The position numbers and the translations under genes are program-made. Under the pieces are notes generated by a model. The model was not told the DNA's origin, made no database searches, and was given only the letters and a program-made list of their open reading frames with translations. From Patescibacteria group bacterium (GTDB lineage Bacteria; Patescibacteriota; Patescibacteriia; UBA1558; GWA2-36-10), in NCBI GenBank assembly GCA_041662585.1, contig JBAZSG010000002.1:81525-145524 (forward strand): a stretch of 64,000 bases of DNA, written 5' to 3'. This document shows positions 60,209 through 64,000 of this stretch, one piece after another. How positions within the stretch are numbered: the first letter of the stretch is position 1; each line of letters begins with the position of its first letter.

Positions 60209-61501
60209 TTAGCGTGTATTTAGTGCTTTTTTAGCTACTTGCCTATCATCATGGGGAATCATTTGGCCATTGGGACCACAGATAAATTGTTCGGCGCCCT
60301 TGCCGGTAATCAATACTATATCGTCTGTTTTGGCTATACTAATAGCTTTATTTATTGCCTCAACCCTAGATTCTATTTTAAATAAGCTTTTATTCTCTAT
60401 TTTTCCCGCTTTTATAGCCCCCTTAGCTACATTAGCTATTATCTCTAATGGATCGTCATCATAGGGATCTTCGTTGGTTATTATGACTATATCAGCATTT
60501 TCACCGGCCATTTTTCCCATTATAGGCTGACGAGCCTTGTCTCTACCTCCACCACAAGAGCCTAAAACATGAATAAGTCTATTTTTGTTTATTTTGGAGA
60601 GTGTTTTATAAAGTTGTCCTAGACCTTCTGGTTCAGGCGCATAATCTATCAAAACTTTAAAATCTTGTCCTTCGTCTATCCACTCCTGACGACCAGGCAC
60701 TCCTCTTAACTTTGTCTTAACCAAATCTTTCAGATCAAAGCCCAGCTCCCTAACAGCCACCATGGCTGATAAAATATTGTAGACATTAAAGCGTCCAATA
60801 AAATTGGTTTTTATTTCTTCGCCTTTAACCGAAAAGCTCACTCCTTCTTCTAAGTTTATGTCTTGAGCTTGATAATCAGAATTAGTATCAATAGAATAGG
60901 TAACAAATTTATCTACCTTAATATTTTTTAATCTCTTTGTTTCTTCATCGTCATTGTTAGAGACTATAATTTTTGCTATCTCTTGATTATTTATTTTCTT
61001 TTTCTTGCTCTTAGCTAAGTGTTTAAATAGTTTTTCTTTATACATTCTATAATTTTCAAAACCACCATGAGCTTCAATGTGTTCTGGAGTAAGATTGGTA
61101 AATATTACTAAATCATAATTTATACCAATGTGTCTAAAATGTTCTATTCCTTGAGATGATGTTTCTATAACTGCATACTTACATTTGGCTTTTAGCATGT
61201 TTGCTAAAAGTTTTTGAGTTTGAAAACGACCAAGCATAGTCATTTTCTTGTCATTTAACCATTCTTTTTTATCTACTTTAAAATTTACTGTGGAAGCCAG
61301 GCCGTTACTTTGATTTAAATAATCCAAAAATTGAGAAACTAGATTGACCGTAGCTGTTTTTCCATTGGTACCAGTTACTCCGATGACAATCAATTTATTG
61401 GCTGGCTGTCCATAATACCAAGCCGCCAACTTAGCAATGAGTAAGTGGTAAGTAAGTATTATTTTTTTACCCAATATTTTTTTAAGAAAGTTTTTTATCA
61501 T
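60209..61501 (-). CDS. Mur ligase family protein (MurE/MurF-type central + C-terminal domains, no N-terminal substrate domain)
   Basis: 430 aa. P-loop GVTGTNGKTAT near residue 40, C-terminal ...ITGKGAEQF...PHDDR region. Confidence 0.6.
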   Translation of the reverse strand: MIKNFLKKILGKKIILTYHLLIAKLAAWYYGQPANKLIVIGVTGTNGKTATVNLVSQFLDYLNQSNGLASTVNFKVDKKEWLNDKKMTMLGRFQTQKLLANMLKAKCKYAVIETSSQGIEHFRHIGINYDLVIFTNLTPEHIEAHGGFENYRMYKEKLFKHLAKSKKKKINNQEIAKIIVSNNDDEETKRLKNIKVDKFVTYSIDTNSDYQAQDINLEEGVSFSVKGEEIKTNFIGRFNVYNILSAMVAVRELGFDLKDLVKTKLRGVPGRQEWIDEGQDFKVLIDYAPEPEGLGQLYKTLSKINKNRLIHVLGSCGGGRDKARQPIMGKMAGENADIVIITNEDPYDDDPLEIIANVAKGAIKAGKIENKSLFKIESRVEAINKAISIAKTDDIVLITGKGAEQFICGPNGQMIPHDDRQVAKKALNTR

Positions 61502-61503
61502 TT

Positions 61504-62223
61504 CTATTTACTGTTTAAATAATCCTCAACTTTTTTTATATCTTCTGGTTTACCAAAATCCAACCAAATTCCCTGAAGGTCTAGTGCTCTTACTTTACCC
61601 TGCTTGGCCAAAAGATTTATAACATCCGTCAGCTCATATTCTCCACGAGGAGAGATATTTATTTTGTCTAAATAATCAAAAACTTCTGCTGTAAATTTAT
61701 AAAGACCTGTATTTATAAGATTGCCAATTGGCTGAGCTGGTTTTTCTACAATTTCCTTAAGAAGACCACCTTCTCCGACTGCCAACACACCATAATTTTC
61801 TGGATGATCATGTGGCAAACCGGCTACATATGAATAATCATCATCTATATTTAATCTTTTTAGGTCTTCAGTAGCATAAAGATTGTCACCATAAACTGCC
61901 AAAAAACTTTCTCCTTGTAATATTTCTTTGACACACTCAAGTGGACAAGCCGTACCATACCTTTCTTCACCCAGAATATCAAATTGATTAACTAGTACAA
62001 TATTAAAATCTTTTTTATATTCTTGCAAAAATTCTTCCATAAATTCTTTTTTGTACCCCACTACCATTACAAATTCTTCAAAACCAGCATCTTTAAGGTT
62101 TTGTAACAAATAATACAAAAATGGTTTGCCGTTGGCCAGTATCAAATGTTTTGGCTTGTCTTTGGACAAGTCCAACATTCTAGTACCACGCCCAGCAGCA
62201 GATATGAGAACTTTTTTAATCAT
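61504..62223 (-). CDS. sugar-1-phosphate nucleotidyltransferase (RmlA/GlmU N-domain/MurU-like)
   Basis: 239 aa. ISAAGRGTRM (GxGxR signature) N-terminus. Confidence 0.7.
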   Translation of the reverse strand: MIKKVLISAAGRGTRMLDLSKDKPKHLILANGKPFLYYLLQNLKDAGFEEFVMVVGYKKEFMEEFLQEYKKDFNIVLVNQFDILGEERYGTACPLECVKEILQGESFLAVYGDNLYATEDLKRLNIDDDYSYVAGLPHDHPENYGVLAVGEGGLLKEIVEKPAQPIGNLINTGLYKFTAEVFDYLDKINISPRGEYELTDVINLLAKQGKVRALDLQGIWLDFGKPEDIKKVEDYLNSK

Positions 62224-62229
62224 AGATAA

Positions 62230-63246
62230 TTATCTTTTAATTAAATTTTTTAATTTGGCACCTAGATTATAAAGATTATACCAGGTGGAATCATAAATCA
62301 AATCATAAGCTCCAGGAGATATTATAGTTCTCCCGCCAAAAGATTTTTTGAAACGTGTAAAACCATCCCAAGATGATTTACTACCATCTGCTGGCGCAAT
62401 ACCCCAAAAATCATAAATTTCCTTACCCGCTTCCTTGGCTCGCTTTATACTTTCCCATTGTAGTAACTGAGGAGCCATATATTGCCTAAAGTCATAATCA
62501 GATGCTCCGTGTAAATAAGTGGTAGCTTTGGCAAAATGAATTAAAATGTTTATAGCAACTACTCTGTCGTCAATCTCAGCTATGGCCAACTCGCCAGAGT
62601 TTTGACTAATCAATGTTTGAAAAAGTTTTTTGTAATATTCTTCCGAGTGAGTCACTATTTGATTGCGACTAGCTGTTTTTTTATTTAAGTTGAAAAAATG
62701 CTTTAAATCTTTTTCAACTGTAGAAAATCTAACTTTTACATTTTTCTTGGTGGCCAAGGCAATATTATATCTAGTTTTGGGGTGCATATTGGCAACCAAG
62801 TTTTTAATGTCTTGGTTTAAATCCAAAACCCAAGTGTCTCGTGGTTGGACATCCTTGGTTTTTTTTAATCTAGCCAAAATCAATTCGAACTTTTCTGGCT
62901 CTAGTTTAAAAAATATCTCCGCTTGTTTTTTGGTACTAATAGTAATATCACGCGCCTTGGATAATATCAGCTCTAGTGCTTCTATTTGTTTTTCTAGGGA
63001 AATCTGGTCACTGATTATTGGTCCTTTGGGAGCATAAATATAAGAGTGATCAAAGGGAAGTTTTTTTTCATAAAAAAGACAAGTGGCCAGTACCCGATCT
63101 TCATCTACAATCGTAGCTCGCCAAGACAAAAGACCTTGTTGACTTAAAAAATTTTGCCACAGACTAGACTGTAAAAAATTACCAGATACAAATCTGGTTT
63201 TTAAAAAATCATCATACTTATTATTATCCATTACTAGCTTCATCAT
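62230..63246 (-). CDS. FemAB-family aminoacyl-tRNA-dependent peptidyltransferase (peptidoglycan branch/bridge formation)
   Basis: 338 aa. HPKTRYNIALATKKNV (KxRYNIR motif) and YLHGASDYDFRQYMAPQLLQWESIKRAKEAGKEIYDFWGI, typical of FemX/FemAB. Confidence 0.7.
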   Translation of the reverse strand: MMKLVMDNNKYDDFLKTRFVSGNFLQSSLWQNFLSQQGLLSWRATIVDEDRVLATCLFYEKKLPFDHSYIYAPKGPIISDQISLEKQIEALELILSKARDITISTKKQAEIFFKLEPEKFELILARLKKTKDVQPRDTWVLDLNQDIKNLVANMHPKTRYNIALATKKNVKVRFSTVEKDLKHFFNLNKKTASRNQIVTHSEEYYKKLFQTLISQNSGELAIAEIDDRVVAINILIHFAKATTYLHGASDYDFRQYMAPQLLQWESIKRAKEAGKEIYDFWGIAPADGSKSSWDGFTRFKKSFGGRTIISPGAYDLIYDSTWYNLYNLGAKLKNLIKR

Positions 63247-63815
63247 TTTTTATTTACAAATTGTAGGGCTTGTTTTATTTTACTAGCCAAGTCTAGCTCT
63301 GCGTCTGGTAAATGTTTTACAATTTCTTGAGCCTCTGCTTGTTTGTAGCCCAAAGAAACCAAAGCCTCTATTACTTGTTTATTGTCCTTGGTATTTACCA
63401 CTGCCTCTGACAAATCAATAATAAACTTTTCTTTTAGCTCTACTACCAATCGCTCTGCGGTTTTTTTACCAATACCAGACACTTGCTGAAGCAATGAAGA
63501 ATCTCCGCTGGTGATGGCTCGTTTGAGCTCATCTACATCAGCTAGAGCCAAAACATTAAGAGCGCTCTTGGGACCAACTCCTGAAACAGTAATCAGTTTT
63601 TTAAAAAACCCTAATTCTTCTAAAGAATAAAAACCATAAAGATCAAAAACATCTTCTTTGATATAAGAATGTATAAAAAATTCTTTTTCCTCACCAAGTT
63701 TACTTAGCTCTAGGTTTCTGAGACTCAAAAATACCTCATAACCAATATCACCGGTTAAAACAACTACTGATTTGGCTAGTTTTTGACTAATTTTCCCCTT
63801 TAGATAAGCTATCAT
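63243..63815 (-). CDS. ruvA: Holliday junction branch migration complex subunit RuvA
   Basis: 190 aa. MIAYLKGKI...GYEV N-terminal OB domain, tandem HhH (GVGPKSALNVL, GIGKKTAERL), C-terminal domain III. Confidence 0.85.
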   Translation of the reverse strand: MIAYLKGKISQKLAKSVVVLTGDIGYEVFLSLRNLELSKLGEEKEFFIHSYIKEDVFDLYGFYSLEELGFFKKLITVSGVGPKSALNVLALADVDELKRAITSGDSSLLQQVSGIGKKTAERLVVELKEKFIIDLSEAVVNTKDNKQVIEALVSLGYKQAEAQEIVKHLPDAELDLASKIKQALQFVNKK

Positions 63816-63903
63816 AATAGCTTTATTCTAGCAGAATAACTATAGTTTTTCAATTGACAAGCCTGCTAGACAAGCTAAACTATATATGTTAAAAACATTA
63901 GCT

Positions 63904-64000
63904 ATGAAATCAAACAAAAAAAAGAAATACAATGTAGAATTATTGGCCCCAGCCGGATCATATGAAGCGCTCATGGCGGCAATTGATAATGGCGCTGATG
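63904..64000 (+). CDS. peptidase U32 family protein (partial, 5' end only)
   Basis: MKSNKKKKYNVELLAPAGSYEALMAAIDNGAD matches the U32 (PrtC/YegQ/TrhP) N-terminus. Runs off the window end. Confidence 0.5.
   Translation, partial: MKSNKKKKYNVELLAPAGSYEALMAAIDNGAD

Overview
The window is 64 kb of low-GC (about one-third G+C, by eye) bacterial chromosome with very tight gene packing, short or absent Shine-Dalgarno sequences, several leaderless-looking extended -10 promoters (TGCTATAAT) and several domain fusions. Taken together these suggest a reduced-genome lineage such as Patescibacteria/CPR; that is inference, not a database result. Long intact ORFs under the standard code (e.g. rpoC at 1295 aa) argue against UGA recoding. 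There is no rRNA, CRISPR array, transposase, integrase or recognisable phage gene. Housekeeping genes are confidently recognisable: glmS, nusA, a membrane pyrophosphatase, tig, polA, holA, rpsT, tyrS, class A PBP, ruvC, ruvA, yebC, recA, ftsK, rpoB, rpoC, galU and a TruB fusion. Interleaved with them are four accessory-looking modules. (1) 1-7549: a surface-glycan or protein-glycosylation locus with an RmlD-like reductase, a GT4-methyltransferase fusion, a second methyltransferase, a GT2 polyprenyl-phosphate glycosyltransferase and an ArnT/PMT-like GT-C transferase. (2) 27156-35848: an eight-gene alpha-glucan (glycogen-like) cluster with two GlgA paralogs, a GH57 enzyme, a GDE_C/GH63-like six-hairpin glycosidase, a ROK glucokinase, an APH-fold (anomeric-kinase-like) phosphotransferase and a GalT-family HxHxQ nucleotidyltransferase, but no GlgC. 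(3) 40830-44085: a tandem array of four paralogous small secreted two-TM proteins with a conserved G-G-x-x-W-[ML]-[TI]-S-x-G motif (VirB2/TrbC-pilin-like topology), one carrying a Cys-rich C-terminal domain. This array is co-oriented with a lipoprotein solute-binding protein and interspersed with perfect palindromes, and it is the best candidate here for an undescribed cell-surface or conduit system. (4) 60209-63246: a FemAB-family transferase, a short Mur-ligase-family protein and a small sugar-1-phosphate nucleotidyltransferase, which may be a peptidoglycan-precursor modification module. A tRNA locus (Cys, Leu, Gly, plus a degenerate second Gly-like copy) with long inverted repeats sits at 14950-15511.
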